The notes under the pieces are model-generated. The model searched no databases. It saw only the letters and a program-made list of their open reading frames with translations, and was not told the origin of the DNA. Shown piece by piece: positions 38,641 to 49,323 of a stretch of 64,000 bases of DNA (positions are counted from its first letter, which is position 1; each line of letters opens with the position of its first letter). The stretch covers positions 128,893 to 192,892 of the forward strand of contig JAITVV010000007.1 of the NCBI GenBank assembly GCA_031285625.1, read 5' to 3'. The translations under genes and the position numbers were made by a program. The stretch is from Prevotella sp. (GTDB lineage Bacteria; Bacteroidota; Bacteroidia; Bacteroidales; Dysgonomonadaceae).

Positions 38641-38882
38641 TATGTAGGATTTTCCAATGAACGGGCTATTGCGTCAAAGTCAGCTAATGTTTCTCTGGCT
38701 CTTTCCTCATCAACTGTAGATATTGCCATTCCGGCATGTGCCAAAACATAGTCTCCTTCCGATGCTTCAACCCATTGGATGCATATATTCTTTATCATTC
38801 CTCCGAAATCAACCTTTGCCATTTTCAGTTCCGGGACAGAAGAGTCAATGCTAATAATTTTTCCTGGTACAGCCAAACACAT
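38640..38882 (-). CDS. hypC: Hydrogenase maturation chaperone HypC
   Basis: MCLAVPGKI, GDYVLAHAG. Confidence 0.97.
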   Translation of the reverse strand: MCLAVPGKIISIDSSVPELKMAKVDFGGMIKNICIQWVEASEGDYVLAHAGMAISTVDEERARETLADFDAIARSLENPT

Positions 38883-39139
38883 AGCATTTAAGATTTAGTG
38901 TGTTAACATATATACTGTTTTTCAAATATAAAGAATATATTTTTATGAAAAAGTAATAGATATTACAAAGTCGAATATTTTTTTACCTTTGTCAATAGCG
39001 AAAAACATCTCGAAGCCCTTTTCTGACCTTTAGTTTGAGAAATATATATCAGTAAATCGGCTAGTTAGCGTGAAATTATTGAAATAAAACACCTTAAAGC
39101 ATAACAATTAACAATAATGCATAAATAAAATCTATAACT

Positions 39140-39679
39140 ATGATATTTAAGAACTTTCCTGATGACCCTGATTCATACTCCAAAGACATGCAGCACATGG
39201 TAAGCAAAACAATTGAACGTCACGGCATTAACGAATGGAGAGCAGGCGTACTGACGAATGAATTACATGGACATTTAGGAATATATGCTATCATAGGTGT
39301 AAAAATGGGAATCTTTGCCTTGGAGTCTCTGGGTGTAGAGGCCGGGGATGTGAATATAATATCATATGCAGGCGTGAACCCTCCTGTAAGTTGTATGAAC
39401 GATGGGCTACAAGTGAGTACCAGTGCCACTCTAGGGCATGGGCTGATAAAATCTGAACCGACAGATACTCCCCAGACAGAAGCTATTTTTATAACAAATG
39501 ATAAATCAGTTCGGATAAAGGTGAATGATAAAATATCCGATATGATAACGCAGGAAATAGCAGGAGCAATCAACCGCTGGGGACATAGCGCAGAATATTG
39601 GACATATGTACGAAAAGTGGCAATTAATTATTGGTATGAATTAGATAGAAATAATATATTTGATATAAAAAATATCTAA
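39140..39679 (+). CDS. FmdE (formylmethanofuran dehydrogenase subunit E)-like protein
   Basis: LHGHLGIYAIIGVKMG and SCMNDGLQVSTSATLGHG resemble the FmdE HGH...C.xDG.Q...T.G pattern. Confidence 0.75.
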   Translation: MIFKNFPDDPDSYSKDMQHMVSKTIERHGINEWRAGVLTNELHGHLGIYAIIGVKMGIFALESLGVEAGDVNIISYAGVNPPVSCMNDGLQVSTSATLGHGLIKSEPTDTPQTEAIFITNDKSVRIKVNDKISDMITQEIAGAINRWGHSAEYWTYVRKVAINYWYELDRNNIFDIKNI

Positions 39680-39684
39680 CACAA

Positions 39685-39900
39685 ATGGCAAAAAAGAGTC
39701 CTGACAAGAAATTAACAACTGGTAAAAACCGTGGTGAAACACTATATACAATATACTGTCCCAAATGCAAATCGATGAACGTATGGCAGCTAAAACGTTC
39801 TGACCCCGCGCCAAATGAAGGTGATTGTGATCCCTGTGGAATAGCTTTGTTTGATGAAAAAGGTAAATGTATAACAGATATCGAAGTAGATCTTATATGA
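39685..39900 (+). CDS. Small Cys-rich protein (CPKC...CDPC), Zn-ribbon-like
   Basis: 71-aa ORF starting 5 bp after the fmdE-like gene; its stop overlaps the next ATG (ATGA). Confidence 0.55.
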   Translation: MAKKSPDKKLTTGKNRGETLYTIYCPKCKSMNVWQLKRSDPAPNEGDCDPCGIALFDEKGKCITDIEVDLI

Positions 39901-40148
39901 AAATATCATTCATTATATTAAGAGTCTTCGTAACAGCTTTAGCTATAATATCTATGCTGCTGACTTTTGTATTCGGATATTTCTTATATCAAAGGGCAGC
40001 GATGGATTTCAATTCAGAAGGTAATTATTTCGATGGAATTGTTACATATCATCAACAATCAATAACGGGATATGGAGTTTGTTTTGTCATTTCGCTCTTA
40101 ATATCGGTTTTTCTCTTTTTCATAGTCAAAAGGACATATAAAGTATGA
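39897..40148 (+). CDS. Small two-TM membrane protein
   Basis: MKISFIILRVFV...FNSEGNYFDG...; ATGA overlaps at both ends, coupling it to hypF. Confidence 0.55.
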   Translation: MKISFIILRVFVTALAIISMLLTFVFGYFLYQRAAMDFNSEGNYFDGIVTYHQQSITGYGVCFVISLLISVFLFFIVKRTYKV

Positions 40149-42394
40149 CAAAAAAGATAACCATACAAGGCCTTGTTCAAGGAGTGGGATTCCGCCCCTT
40201 CATCTATCTTCTGGCAAAAGAGATGGACATAAAGGGAACTGTTTCTAACCACAACAATGGAGTTATCATATATGCTGCACTATCACAAGAAGAATGTAAA
40301 ATTTTCACCGACAGGATTTTAAAAGAACACCCACAAGTAGCAACGATACATAAAATAGAAGTAGAAGAAATAGAAAACAATTTATATTTCGAAGATTTTG
40401 AAATCATAAAAAGCAATTCAGAGTCTGAGGGAATAACACAAGTAGCTGCAGATATAGCTGTTTGTCCCGACTGTATGGAAGACAGAGACAAACAAGAGTA
40501 TCGCCTCTCCTACCCTTTTATAAACTGCACACATTGTGGCCCCCGTTTCTCTATTATCAAAGACTTACCATACGATAGAGCAAGTACAACAATGGCTGCA
40601 TTCGAAATGTGTGCTGAATGCAAAAAAGAATACAATAATATCTATGACAGGCGATTTCATGCTCAGCCAATTGCATGTAACCAATGCGGCCCTGTATATT
40701 ATACCACATACAAGGATATCGAATATAAAGATTATTCCGAAATCTTATTCCTTACTACCCACTTGATCAATAAAGGAAAGGTTATTGCAGTAAAAGGGAT
40801 TGGAGGTTATCACCTTATTTGTGATGCGACCAACGAAGAAGCAGTTAAAAATCTGCGTAAAATCAAACACAGAGATACTAAACCTTTTGCCGTCATGTTT
40901 AAGGATGCAAAAAAAGCAGCAGAATATGTATATATTAATAATCCGGAAGAAAGGAATCTCACATCGTGGCGCAGGCCAATCGTATTACTGAAACAATACA
41001 AACAACTGGCATCATGTGTAAATCCGGGTATGAATACACTTGGATGTATGCTTCCATATATGCCTATACATTATGATTGGTTTGAGCAGATTAATTCGCC
41101 TGCCCTTGTTATGACAAGTGGCAACCTTAGTGACCTGCCAATTGCCATTACATATGAAGAAGCAGAAAGGCAATTTGAAAATAAGGTAGAACTGATCTTA
41201 CATCATAATCGTGATATTCATAACCGTGTAGATGATTCGGTGATGCACATTTGTGGAGAACAATCATGTCTGATCCGCCGTTCGCGAGGATATGTACCGG
41301 AACCTTTTTTTGCAGATATTAATGTAGAGGGTCTACTGGCTTTCGGTGCAGAAAAAGTAAATACTTTTGCATTAGGCAAAGCCGATACAATTATACAGAG
41401 TCAATATATAGGTGATCTCAAAAACTGGGAAACACTAGAATTTTACAAAGAATCATTAGAACGTTTTCAACACTTGTTTAGATTTACGCCTACACAGCTA
41501 ATCTGCGATCTCCATCCGGATTACATGTCAAGCAGGGAAGCGGAAAGGACGGCACTAAGAAATAATTTACCTTTATTAAAGATACAGCATCATCACGCCC
41601 ATGCCGCAGCCTGTATGCTCGAATATGGACTGGACGAACCTGTTATTGCAATTATATGGGATGGAACAGGATTAGGCGATGACAATAAAGCTTGGGGAGG
41701 AGAGTTCTTCTTATGTGACAGAAAGGAGTATAAACGTCTCTCCCAACTGGAATATATTCCGATGCCGGGTGGAGATAAAGCCTCTGAGGAACCATGGCGT
41801 ATGGCTGTCTCTTATCTCTATCACCTTGGACTCAAAATACCTAAAGATTTTATTGATCGTATTGGAGCCATAAAGGTGAATACTCTTATAACAATGATAG
41901 AAAAAGGAATAAATACTCCTTATACTTCAGGGGCAGGACGTTTATTTGATGCCTTTGCTTCCATACTAGGACTCTGTGATATATCTACCCGGCAGGCAGA
42001 AGCTCCAGTTCTGTTAGAACAGGCAGCTATTGACAATTTTGAAGACCGATACCCCATAGATATATCTAAAAATCCTGTAACAACAGGTACCTTGTTTAAA
42101 GGTGTATTAAATGATTTACAAAAGAGCACTGATATTGGATTAATTGCAGCTAAAATTCATAATACTTTAGCATTTCTCATTTTAGAAAAATCGAAACAAT
42201 ACCTGAAAGAGACAAATACAACCAAAGTGATAATTTCAGGGGGATGTTTTCAGAATAAGCGATTGACAGAACAATTGCAGATTTTATTCTCAGAAGAAGG
42301 AATACCTCTGTATATACCCTCTAAAATACCATGCAACGATAGCGGAATAGCGGTAGGACAGATAACTATTGCAGCAGCCAGAAACATTAAATAA
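40145..42394 (+). CDS. hypF: Carbamoyltransferase HypF
   Basis: GLVQGVGFRPF, Zn fingers CPDC/CTHC/CAEC/CNQC, KGIGGYHL, QHHHAH, DGTGLG, ISGGCFQN, NDSGIAVGQ. Confidence 0.97.
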   Translation: MTKKITIQGLVQGVGFRPFIYLLAKEMDIKGTVSNHNNGVIIYAALSQEECKIFTDRILKEHPQVATIHKIEVEEIENNLYFEDFEIIKSNSESEGITQVAADIAVCPDCMEDRDKQEYRLSYPFINCTHCGPRFSIIKDLPYDRASTTMAAFEMCAECKKEYNNIYDRRFHAQPIACNQCGPVYYTTYKDIEYKDYSEILFLTTHLINKGKVIAVKGIGGYHLICDATNEEAVKNLRKIKHRDTKPFAVMFKDAKKAAEYVYINNPEERNLTSWRRPIVLLKQYKQLASCVNPGMNTLGCMLPYMPIHYDWFEQINSPALVMTSGNLSDLPIAITYEEAERQFENKVELILHHNRDIHNRVDDSVMHICGEQSCLIRRSRGYVPEPFFADINVEGLLAFGAEKVNTFALGKADTIIQSQYIGDLKNWETLEFYKESLERFQHLFRFTPTQLICDLHPDYMSSREAERTALRNNLPLLKIQHHHAHAAACMLEYGLDEPVIAIIWDGTGLGDDNKAWGGEFFLCDRKEYKRLSQLEYIPMPGGDKASEEPWRMAVSYLYHLGLKIPKDFIDRIGAIKVNTLITMIEKGINTPYTSGAGRLFDAFASILGLCDISTRQAEAPVLLEQAAIDNFEDRYPIDISKNPVTTGTLFKGVLNDLQKSTDIGLIAAKIHNTLAFLILEKSKQYLKETNTTKVIISGGCFQNKRLTEQLQILFSEEGIPLYIPSKIPCNDSGIAVGQITIAAARNIK

Positions 42395-42406
42395 AAGAAC
42401 TAGAAT

Positions 42407-42748
42407 ATGCATGAATTATCCATAGCACAGAGCATAGTAGAACTGGCAGAGCAACAAGCCCGAAGCCATAAGGCTACCGCTATAGAGGAGCTGGAACTGG
42501 AAATAGGCAGCCTCGCCGGAGTGGAGTTGCAGTCGTTAGAATTTGCACTGGAAAGTTCTGTAAAAGGGACAATGCTTAACGATGCCAGAATTGTACGTCA
42601 CGATATAAAGGCAGAGGGTAGATGCGGAGATTGTGAAACGGAGTTTCCTGTAGAAACACTATTTTCACCATGCCCGAAGTGCGGTTCATATGCAGTAAAG
42701 ATCATCAGAGGAAAAGAGCTTAGGATAAAGTCAATTGTAGTGAAATAA
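42407..42748 (+). CDS. hypA: Nickel metallochaperone HypA
   Basis: MHELSIA, CGDC...CPKC, GKELRIKSI. Confidence 0.97.
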   Translation: MHELSIAQSIVELAEQQARSHKATAIEELELEIGSLAGVELQSLEFALESSVKGTMLNDARIVRHDIKAEGRCGDCETEFPVETLFSPCPKCGSYAVKIIRGKELRIKSIVVK

Positions 42749-42803
42749 ATTTCGTAACTTGGGAATATGTTTTTTACGAAAAATTGTCTAATATAAAAGA
42801 ACT

Positions 42804-42988
42804 TGTCATGCTGACGAAAGAATGCATCCCGGCCCATTTATCAAAGAAAAAAAGAAAGAGACCCTTCGTTCCTCAGGATGACAAAAACAAACAATATGCA
42901 ACAATATTACTTATAATTGAAAAAGAGAAAAAGTAACAACCAAAAACAATGAAAAAGGTGTAACTTTTGTCACCTTTGTCACTTTTTT
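42804..42988 (+). repeat. Composite intergenic repeat, copy 3 (B 42804-42883, A 42917-42988)
   Basis: TGTCATGCTGACGAAAGAATGCATCCCGGCCCATTTATCAAAGAAAAAAAGAAAGAGACCCTTCGTTCCTCAGGATGACA, then AAAGTAACAACCAAAAAC...TTTTGTCACCTTTGTCACTTTTT. Confidence 0.85.
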
Positions 42989-43039
42989 AGAAATAATGAA
43001 TAAATAACAATATAAACCTATAAACTAAAATATAATATT

Positions 43040-43786
43040 ATGTGTGGAACATGCGGATGTAGTGATCATAACCATACACACGATCACGATCATAGTCATG
43101 AACATAATCATGACCACAGTCACAATCATCGTATAGATGAGAGTACAATAATAGCTGTAGAGCAGGATATTCTTCAGCGGAATAATCTCTTAGCCGAACG
43201 AAACAGAGGATATTTTGAAGCGAAGAATATATTCTGCCTCAACCTGATGAGTTCACCGGGATCAGGAAAAACGACTCTACTCGAAGAAACCGTACGACGC
43301 ATCAAGGATAAAAAAGCAGTGTATGTTATTGAAGGCGACCAACAAACCTCAAATGATGCTGACCGCATAGCTTCCCTGAACGTTCCGGCTTTTCAGGTAA
43401 ACACGGGAACAGGCTGCCACCTCGAAGCGGATATGATAAATCACGCGCTAAAACATCTGAACCCTAAAGATGATGCTATTGTTTTTATTGAGAATGTGGG
43501 TAACCTCGTTTGCCCGGCCATGTTCGACTTGGGCGAAGCTACGAAGGTAGTTATTGTTAGTCCGACAGAAGGAGACGATAAACCATTAAAATACCCTTAC
43601 ATGTTTCAGGAAGCAAATATCTGTATTATCAATAAAGTTGATCTGGTACCTTATTTGACAACTGATACTGAAAAATTAAAGGAGAATGCTTTGAAGGTAA
43701 ATCACCATCTTGAATTCTTTGAAGTGTCTGCCATTAAAGGAACAGGTATGGATGAATGGTGTGGTTGGCTATTAAAACAGAAATAA
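43040..43786 (+). CDS. hypB: Nickel-insertion GTPase HypB
   Basis: MCGTCGC, His-rich stretch, SSPGSGKTTLL, GCHL, ENVGNLVCP, EGDDKPLKYP, NKVD. Confidence 0.97.
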   Translation: MCGTCGCSDHNHTHDHDHSHEHNHDHSHNHRIDESTIIAVEQDILQRNNLLAERNRGYFEAKNIFCLNLMSSPGSGKTTLLEETVRRIKDKKAVYVIEGDQQTSNDADRIASLNVPAFQVNTGTGCHLEADMINHALKHLNPKDDAIVFIENVGNLVCPAMFDLGEATKVVIVSPTEGDDKPLKYPYMFQEANICIINKVDLVPYLTTDTEKLKENALKVNHHLEFFEVSAIKGTGMDEWCGWLLKQK

Positions 43787-43789
43787 AAA

Positions 43790-43823
43790 AACAGGTCTTT
43801 GCTTGTTGTGGCAAAGACCTGTT
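43790..43823. terminator. Bidirectional terminator between hypB and rsgA
   Basis: Perfect 13-bp stem AACAGGTCTTTGC/GCAAAGACCTGTT. Confidence 0.8.
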
Positions 43824-43829
43824 ATTTAA

Positions 43830-44897
43830 TTATTGACCTTTTTCAAGTTGATCTTTTTCATCTTTAAAAAATCTCACAGATTTTGCAAAAGATCTTTCTT
43901 TCTTCCTTTTTTCATGCTCAGATGCAGAAAAATGCCATGATTCGTTTCGAAGTTTCAGATAACTCTTATAAACACTTTCTTCCAGAGTTCCGTTATTTAC
44001 GGCTTCGAGAACTGCACAACCGGGTTCATTGGTATGTGTACAATCTATAAAATGGCAAGCCCCTTCCAGGTCTGATATATTCAAAACCGAGGATAAGGTA
44101 TCTGTATTACCGGAAGTAATGCCAAATTCCCTCACTCCGGGAGTATCGATCAATACTCCGCAATGGTCTAGTAAAACCATTTCACGGCGTGTTGAAGTAT
44201 GCCGCCCTTTTCCGGTTGACTCACTTATATAGGATGTATCCAATATATCCTTCTTGCACAAGGCATTAATAAGCGTACTTTTGCCAACACCGGAAGAGCC
44301 TGTAAATACGATTGTTTCACCCTGATTGATATACAAACGTAAAGCATCTATTTTTTCAGGAGAATGTATACTGGTCACAAAGACATCCATCTTCTCTGAT
44401 AAGTGTTTTAGTGAATCAGAAACATATGCTTCATCAAAGCCTAAATCAGCCTTGGTCAATATAAGAACAGGTATTATACCTTCATCTAAGATCTGGACCA
44501 TAAAGCGTTCCAGCCTGCGCACATTGAAATTGTCATCTAAGCTCTGAACGATAAATGCTTTATCAACATGAACGGCTATAGCCTGACGTCCGAATACTGT
44601 TCCGTTCTTCTTCCGATACAAGGCTTTGCTCCTTGGCAGAATGTCAAAGATAATCCCCTTATCCTGATCTATAGGTTGAAAAATAACCCAATCGCCTGTA
44701 CATGGATATTCTTCCGGAGATTTCCCGTATAACATATTCCCGGTAAGTTCACATTGAAATAAACCTTCTTCTGAAATAACCTCATAACAAGTCCTGTGTA
44801 CTACAGATACACGGCCATGAGTAAAATTATTAAATTGTGAGGATTGTTTTTGTTCGAATAGAGTATTATTCCATCCGTATAATGATAAATTATTCAC
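43830..44897 (-). CDS. rsgA: Ribosome small subunit-dependent GTPase A (long-form paralog)
   Basis: OB-fold TGDWV, circularly permuted GTPase TKAD, GSSGVGKS, GRHTS, IDTPG; Zn site C.F.DC.H..EPGC. GTG start. Confidence 0.92.
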   Translation of the reverse strand: MNNLSLYGWNNTLFEQKQSSQFNNFTHGRVSVVHRTCYEVISEEGLFQCELTGNMLYGKSPEEYPCTGDWVIFQPIDQDKGIIFDILPRSKALYRKKNGTVFGRQAIAVHVDKAFIVQSLDDNFNVRRLERFMVQILDEGIIPVLILTKADLGFDEAYVSDSLKHLSEKMDVFVTSIHSPEKIDALRLYINQGETIVFTGSSGVGKSTLINALCKKDILDTSYISESTGKGRHTSTRREMVLLDHCGVLIDTPGVREFGITSGNTDTLSSVLNISDLEGACHFIDCTHTNEPGCAVLEAVNNGTLEESVYKSYLKLRNESWHFSASEHEKRKKERSFAKSVRFFKDEKDQLEKGQ

Positions 44898-45026
44898 TGC
44901 TATAAAATTTAATGATTGAAATAATGTTTGCTAAAAATTTGACACTGAACAATTTTGCCCCATTATAATAATGGATAGAGGTACCACATTTAAGTAGTAT
45001 AATATCAACAACAAAACTGCTCAGAA

Positions 45027-45080
45027 TTAAGCAATTATTCCCGCCGCTAAATGATTATATGTGAATAGTTCTTTTTTCAT
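45027..45080 (-). CDS. Putative leader peptide (17 aa) upstream of rsgA
   Basis: MKKELFTYNHLAAGIIA* starts 6 bp after a TATCTTTG box (45087-45094); its stop lies inside hairpin TGCTTA-ATTC-TGAGCA followed by GTTTTG. Confidence 0.4.
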   Translation of the reverse strand: MKKELFTYNHLAAGIIA

Positions 45081-45128
45081 GAAGTGCAAAGATACAAAAA
45101 ATATAGAATCAGATATATATTGCAAATA

Positions 45129-45157
45129 AAAAGAGCAGATAATTTACCTGCTCTTTT
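45129..45157 (-). terminator. Intrinsic terminator of alaS
   Basis: AAAAGAGCAG...CTGCTCTTTT stem 19 bp past the alaS stop. Confidence 0.75.
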
Positions 45158-45176
45158 CCTATCATTAATCAACTGA

Positions 45177-47789
45177 TTATTTTATCTTTTCTACTATTTC
45201 GTCTACTGCTTTTGTTAAGCCTTCTGCATTTTTTCCCCCTGCTGTGGCAAAATGAGGTTGTCCGCCACCACCACCTTGTATATGCTTAGCTGCATCGCGC
45301 ACCAATTGAGAAGCATTTAATCCATGATCCTTTACAAGGTCGTCACTTATCATTAAAGTAAGTAAAGGTTTGCTATCAGACTCAGTTGCGCCTATAAATA
45401 CCGAATTCACAGAAAACTGCCCTTTAATCTGGAATGCAATATCTTTTACAATATCAGCTGGGAATGGTCCTTTTAAGATATAGAAATCTATACTATTTAC
45501 GACTTGTTTCTTCCTAATCAAAGCATCTTTTATCTGTACGGTTTTCTCCTTTACATACTCTTCCATTTTCTTTTTCATATCGGCATTTTCCTCTATGAAT
45601 TTATGGAGAGCCTGAGTTAAATTCGGTACATTGTTAAATAAGGACTTGATCTCTGTCAAAACATCCTGTTGCGTATAGAAATAGTCTTCACATATTTCGG
45701 CTGTAATAGCCTCTATACGACGGATACCGGCAGCGATAGAACTCTCGTTGATAATACGGAAAGAACCGATGCGCCCAGTAGAAGATATATGTGTACCACC
45801 ACACAGTTCAACAGATTCACCAAAGCGGATTACACGAACATCTTCGCCATATTTTTCGCCAAAGAGAGCCATTGCTCCCATTTCTTTAGCTTCGGCAATA
45901 GGAACATGACGCATTTCCACGCGGGTAATATCCTCTCTGATTTTAGACGTCACATAACGTTCCACTTTGCGGATTTCCTTATCTGTGAGTTTCTGGAAGT
46001 GCGAGAAGTCGAAACGAAGAACAGACGGAGAGACGTATGAGCCTTTTTGCTCCACATGACTACCAAGTATTTCACGTAACCCCTCATGTAATAAGTGCGT
46101 TGCTGTATGGTTACATTCTGTTGCCGTACGATTTTTTGTATTAATACGGGCAATAAATGTTGCCGTAATATCCTCTGGTAACTTGTTTGATAGGTGTACA
46201 GCCAGATTATTTTCACGTTTAGTATCAAATATTTCAACCTGATCATCGCCGTTTATCAACCATCCACTATCACCTACCTGTCCTCCCATTTCTGCATAGA
46301 ATGGAGTATGACTGAGTACAATCTGGTAAAACTCATTATTCTTCTGTTTTACTTTACGATAACGCAATATTTCTGTTTCACATTCTGTAAAATCATAACC
46401 AAAGAATTCAATATCGCCCTCTTTCAAAGTAACCCAGTCCCCGGTTTCCATAGTAGCAGCATTGCGTGCACGGGCTTTCTGTTTTTCCATTTCAACATCA
46501 AACTCTTTCTCGTCAACAGTCATACCGTTTTCTCGAAGAATAAGATCAGTAAGGTCGAAAGGGAAACCATATGTATCATATAACGTAAAGGCAACCGAAC
46601 CGCTTAGTGTCGTTTGTCCTTTAGCTTTAGCATCCTCTATTTGCTTATCTAATAGTTTTATCCCGGTTTCAAGAGTACGAAGGAAAGACTCTTCCTCCTC
46701 TTTCATTACTTTTTCAATCAACGTCTGTTGTTGAACAAGTTCCGGATAAGCATCTCCCATTGTATCTATCAATGCAGGAAGCAACTTGTACATAAATGCC
46801 TTATGTTGATCAAGGAATGTATATCCGTAACGTACGGCACGACGAAGAATACGACGAATCACATATCCGGCTTTTGCATTTGAAGGCAACTGACCATCAG
46901 TGATTGAAAAAGCAATAGTACGCACATGATCGGCAATAACCCGCATAGCTATATCCTTTTTCTCATCCTGTCCGTATGTCGTATTTGTAAATTCTCCAAG
47001 AGCTTTTATAATAGTCTGAAAAACATCGGTGTCATAATTAGAGGTTTTACCCTGAACAGCCATACACAGACGTTCAAAACCCATCCCTGTATCAATTACC
47101 TTTGCAGGAAGCGGATCAAGAGATTTATCCGCTTTGCGGTTATATTGCATAAATACAAGATTCCAGATTTCGATTACATCCGGATCTTTATTTACCAGCT
47201 GGGCACCATCAATCTCGGCCCTTCTTTCATTGGAACGTATATCAATATGGATTTCCGAGCAAGGACCGCAAGGGCCTGTTTCGCCCATCTCCCAGAAATT
47301 ATCTTTTTTATTGCCGTTCAATATTCTCTCCTTCGGGAGATATTTCTCCCAATATCCGGCAGCTTCATCATCCCGATCCAGGCCTTCTTCAAGACTGCCT
47401 TCGAATACGGTCACATATAAGCGCTCCTTATCTAATTTGAGAACTTCTGTCAGATATTCCCATGCCCACGCAATAGCTTCTTTCTTGAAATAGTCTCCAA
47501 ACGACCAGTTCCCAAGCATTTCGAACATCGTATGGTGATAAGTATCGTGTCCGACTTCTTCCAGATCGTTATGCTTTCCACTTACGCGAAGGCATTTTTG
47601 TGAATCGGCAACACGTGGATACTTAATCGGCGCATTACCCAGTATAATATCTTTAAACTGGTTCATACCCGCATTAGTAAACATCAGTGTAGGGTCTCCC
47701 TTGATCACCATTGGTGCAGATGGTACTATTCTGTGTTCTTTAGAAGCAAAGAAAGATTTGAACGATTCACGAATTTCTTTAGAAGTCAT
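45177..47789 (-). CDS. alaS: Alanine--tRNA ligase
   Basis: [42 protein letters not shown], editing motifs HTATH and ELCGGTH, GGGGG. Confidence 0.99.
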   Translation of the reverse strand: MTSKEIRESFKSFFASKEHRIVPSAPMVIKGDPTLMFTNAGMNQFKDIILGNAPIKYPRVADSQKCLRVSGKHNDLEEVGHDTYHHTMFEMLGNWSFGDYFKKEAIAWAWEYLTEVLKLDKERLYVTVFEGSLEEGLDRDDEAAGYWEKYLPKERILNGNKKDNFWEMGETGPCGPCSEIHIDIRSNERRAEIDGAQLVNKDPDVIEIWNLVFMQYNRKADKSLDPLPAKVIDTGMGFERLCMAVQGKTSNYDTDVFQTIIKALGEFTNTTYGQDEKKDIAMRVIADHVRTIAFSITDGQLPSNAKAGYVIRRILRRAVRYGYTFLDQHKAFMYKLLPALIDTMGDAYPELVQQQTLIEKVMKEEEESFLRTLETGIKLLDKQIEDAKAKGQTTLSGSVAFTLYDTYGFPFDLTDLILRENGMTVDEKEFDVEMEKQKARARNAATMETGDWVTLKEGDIEFFGYDFTECETEILRYRKVKQKNNEFYQIVLSHTPFYAEMGGQVGDSGWLINGDDQVEIFDTKRENNLAVHLSNKLPEDITATFIARINTKNRTATECNHTATHLLHEGLREILGSHVEQKGSYVSPSVLRFDFSHFQKLTDKEIRKVERYVTSKIREDITRVEMRHVPIAEAKEMGAMALFGEKYGEDVRVIRFGESVELCGGTHISSTGRIGSFRIINESSIAAGIRRIEAITAEICEDYFYTQQDVLTEIKSLFNNVPNLTQALHKFIEENADMKKKMEEYVKEKTVQIKDALIRKKQVVNSIDFYILKGPFPADIVKDIAFQIKGQFSVNSVFIGATESDSKPLLTLMISDDLVKDHGLNASQLVRDAAKHIQGGGGGQPHFATAGGKNAEGLTKAVDEIVEKIK

Positions 47790-47963
47790 TTCTAATTATA
47801 AATTTGAGTTATAAGTTACCTGTCAATTCACAGTTCTCTAATTTTCACATTTTCAAACCGTAACCTTGATTTTCTATTTCTTTAATGTTATCAATTTGCA
47901 AAAATAGCTCAAAAACTTTACTTTTGTCGAACTCGCTAATAAAAAAACGACGGGAACATAAAA

Positions 47964-48935
47964 ATGAAGCGAAAAATATATTATCGTTACAACCCACAAA
48001 CACTAACATACGACAGAATTTATCCTAGCAAAAAGGATAGAATATTTACTGTTTTCCGTCATTTGGCTTCCGGGATTGTCGTAGGTATTGTGGGATTGAT
48101 AGCTGTTGTTTATTTCTTTGGCACACCATGGGGACGAGCCCAGAAGAAAGAAGATGAATTGCTCCGTGCACAGTATGAAGTGTTATCGAAGCGAATGGAC
48201 GAAGCTATCACTGTAATTGGCGACATACAACAACGCGACGACAACTTATACAGGGCAATATTTCATGCAGACCCTATACCATCTTCGATCCGTAATTCAG
48301 GAGTGGGAGGAATCGGCAGATATGATTATCTGATGGAATTATCCAATCCTGACCTTATTATACAAACGACAAAGAAGATGGACTACATAGCAAAACAGAT
48401 ATACATACAGTCCAACTCCTTTGATGATGTACTCAATCTGGCAAAATCTCAAAAAGACCGTCTGAAACATATACCAAGCATACAACCTGTCCCCGACAGA
48501 TTTTTAAAGCAAGTAGCATCCGGATACGGAACCAGGATTGATCCTATATATGGAACACCACGTTTTCATGCAGGAATGGACTTCTCTGCTAACATAGGCA
48601 CTCCTGTATATGCCACAGGGAATGGCACTGTAACACTTGCCGACTGGAAACAGGGGTATGGAAAATGTATTGTCATAGACCATGGCTATGGTTACGAAAC
48701 CTTGTACGCCCACCTGAATGAGTATAACGTAAGGGCTGGACAAAAAGTAATACGTGGAGAACAAATAGGAGAAGTCGGAAATACAGGAAAATCAACAGGA
48801 CCACACCTTCATTATGAAGTACACGTGAAAGGGAAAGTCGATAATCCGGCTAAATATTACTTTATGGACCTTACTCCTGAAGAGTATGACAAGATGCTAC
48901 AGATAGCTGCCAATCACGGACAAGTAATGGATTGA
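47964..48935 (+). CDS. M23-family metallopeptidase
   Basis: HAGMD, YAHL, STGPHLHYEV. Confidence 0.93.
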   Translation: MKRKIYYRYNPQTLTYDRIYPSKKDRIFTVFRHLASGIVVGIVGLIAVVYFFGTPWGRAQKKEDELLRAQYEVLSKRMDEAITVIGDIQQRDDNLYRAIFHADPIPSSIRNSGVGGIGRYDYLMELSNPDLIIQTTKKMDYIAKQIYIQSNSFDDVLNLAKSQKDRLKHIPSIQPVPDRFLKQVASGYGTRIDPIYGTPRFHAGMDFSANIGTPVYATGNGTVTLADWKQGYGKCIVIDHGYGYETLYAHLNEYNVRAGQKVIRGEQIGEVGNTGKSTGPHLHYEVHVKGKVDNPAKYYFMDLTPEEYDKMLQIAANHGQVMD

Positions 48936-48939
48936 TATT

Positions 48940-49281
48940 ATGAAAATCGATTTTGAAAATAATAGTAAATTATATTACTCGATGAAAGAGGTTGCTTCTC
49001 ATTTTAATGTAAATGAGTCTCTTCTTCGCTTCTGGGAAACAGAATTCGATACAATCAATCCAAGAAAGACGGATGGAGGTACACGCCAATACACAAAAGC
49101 AGATATAGACAATATTGCGGTAGTATATCATCTTGTTAAAGAAAGAGGCCTAACTCTTGAAGGAGCACGCCAAACGCTTAGACAAAAAAAAGACGAGGAA
49201 ACCCGTAAAATACAGGTAATTCAAAAATTGGAACAGATTAAAAAAGAATTAATGGACATGGAACAAGAGTTCGGTGAATAA
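48940..49281 (+). CDS. MerR-family HTH regulator
   Basis: KLYYSMKEVA...SLLRFWETEF...GTRQY...GLTLEGA. Confidence 0.9.
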   Translation: MKIDFENNSKLYYSMKEVASHFNVNESLLRFWETEFDTINPRKTDGGTRQYTKADIDNIAVVYHLVKERGLTLEGARQTLRQKKDEETRKIQVIQKLEQIKKELMDMEQEFGE

Positions 49282-49323
49282 TATCAACTAATCTGACATA
49301 ACTTACATAACTATAGTACAGCA

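Noticed and set aside
43060-43130. Short CAT/CAC-rich tandem repeats
   Set aside because: They encode the normal His-rich nickel-binding linker of HypB.
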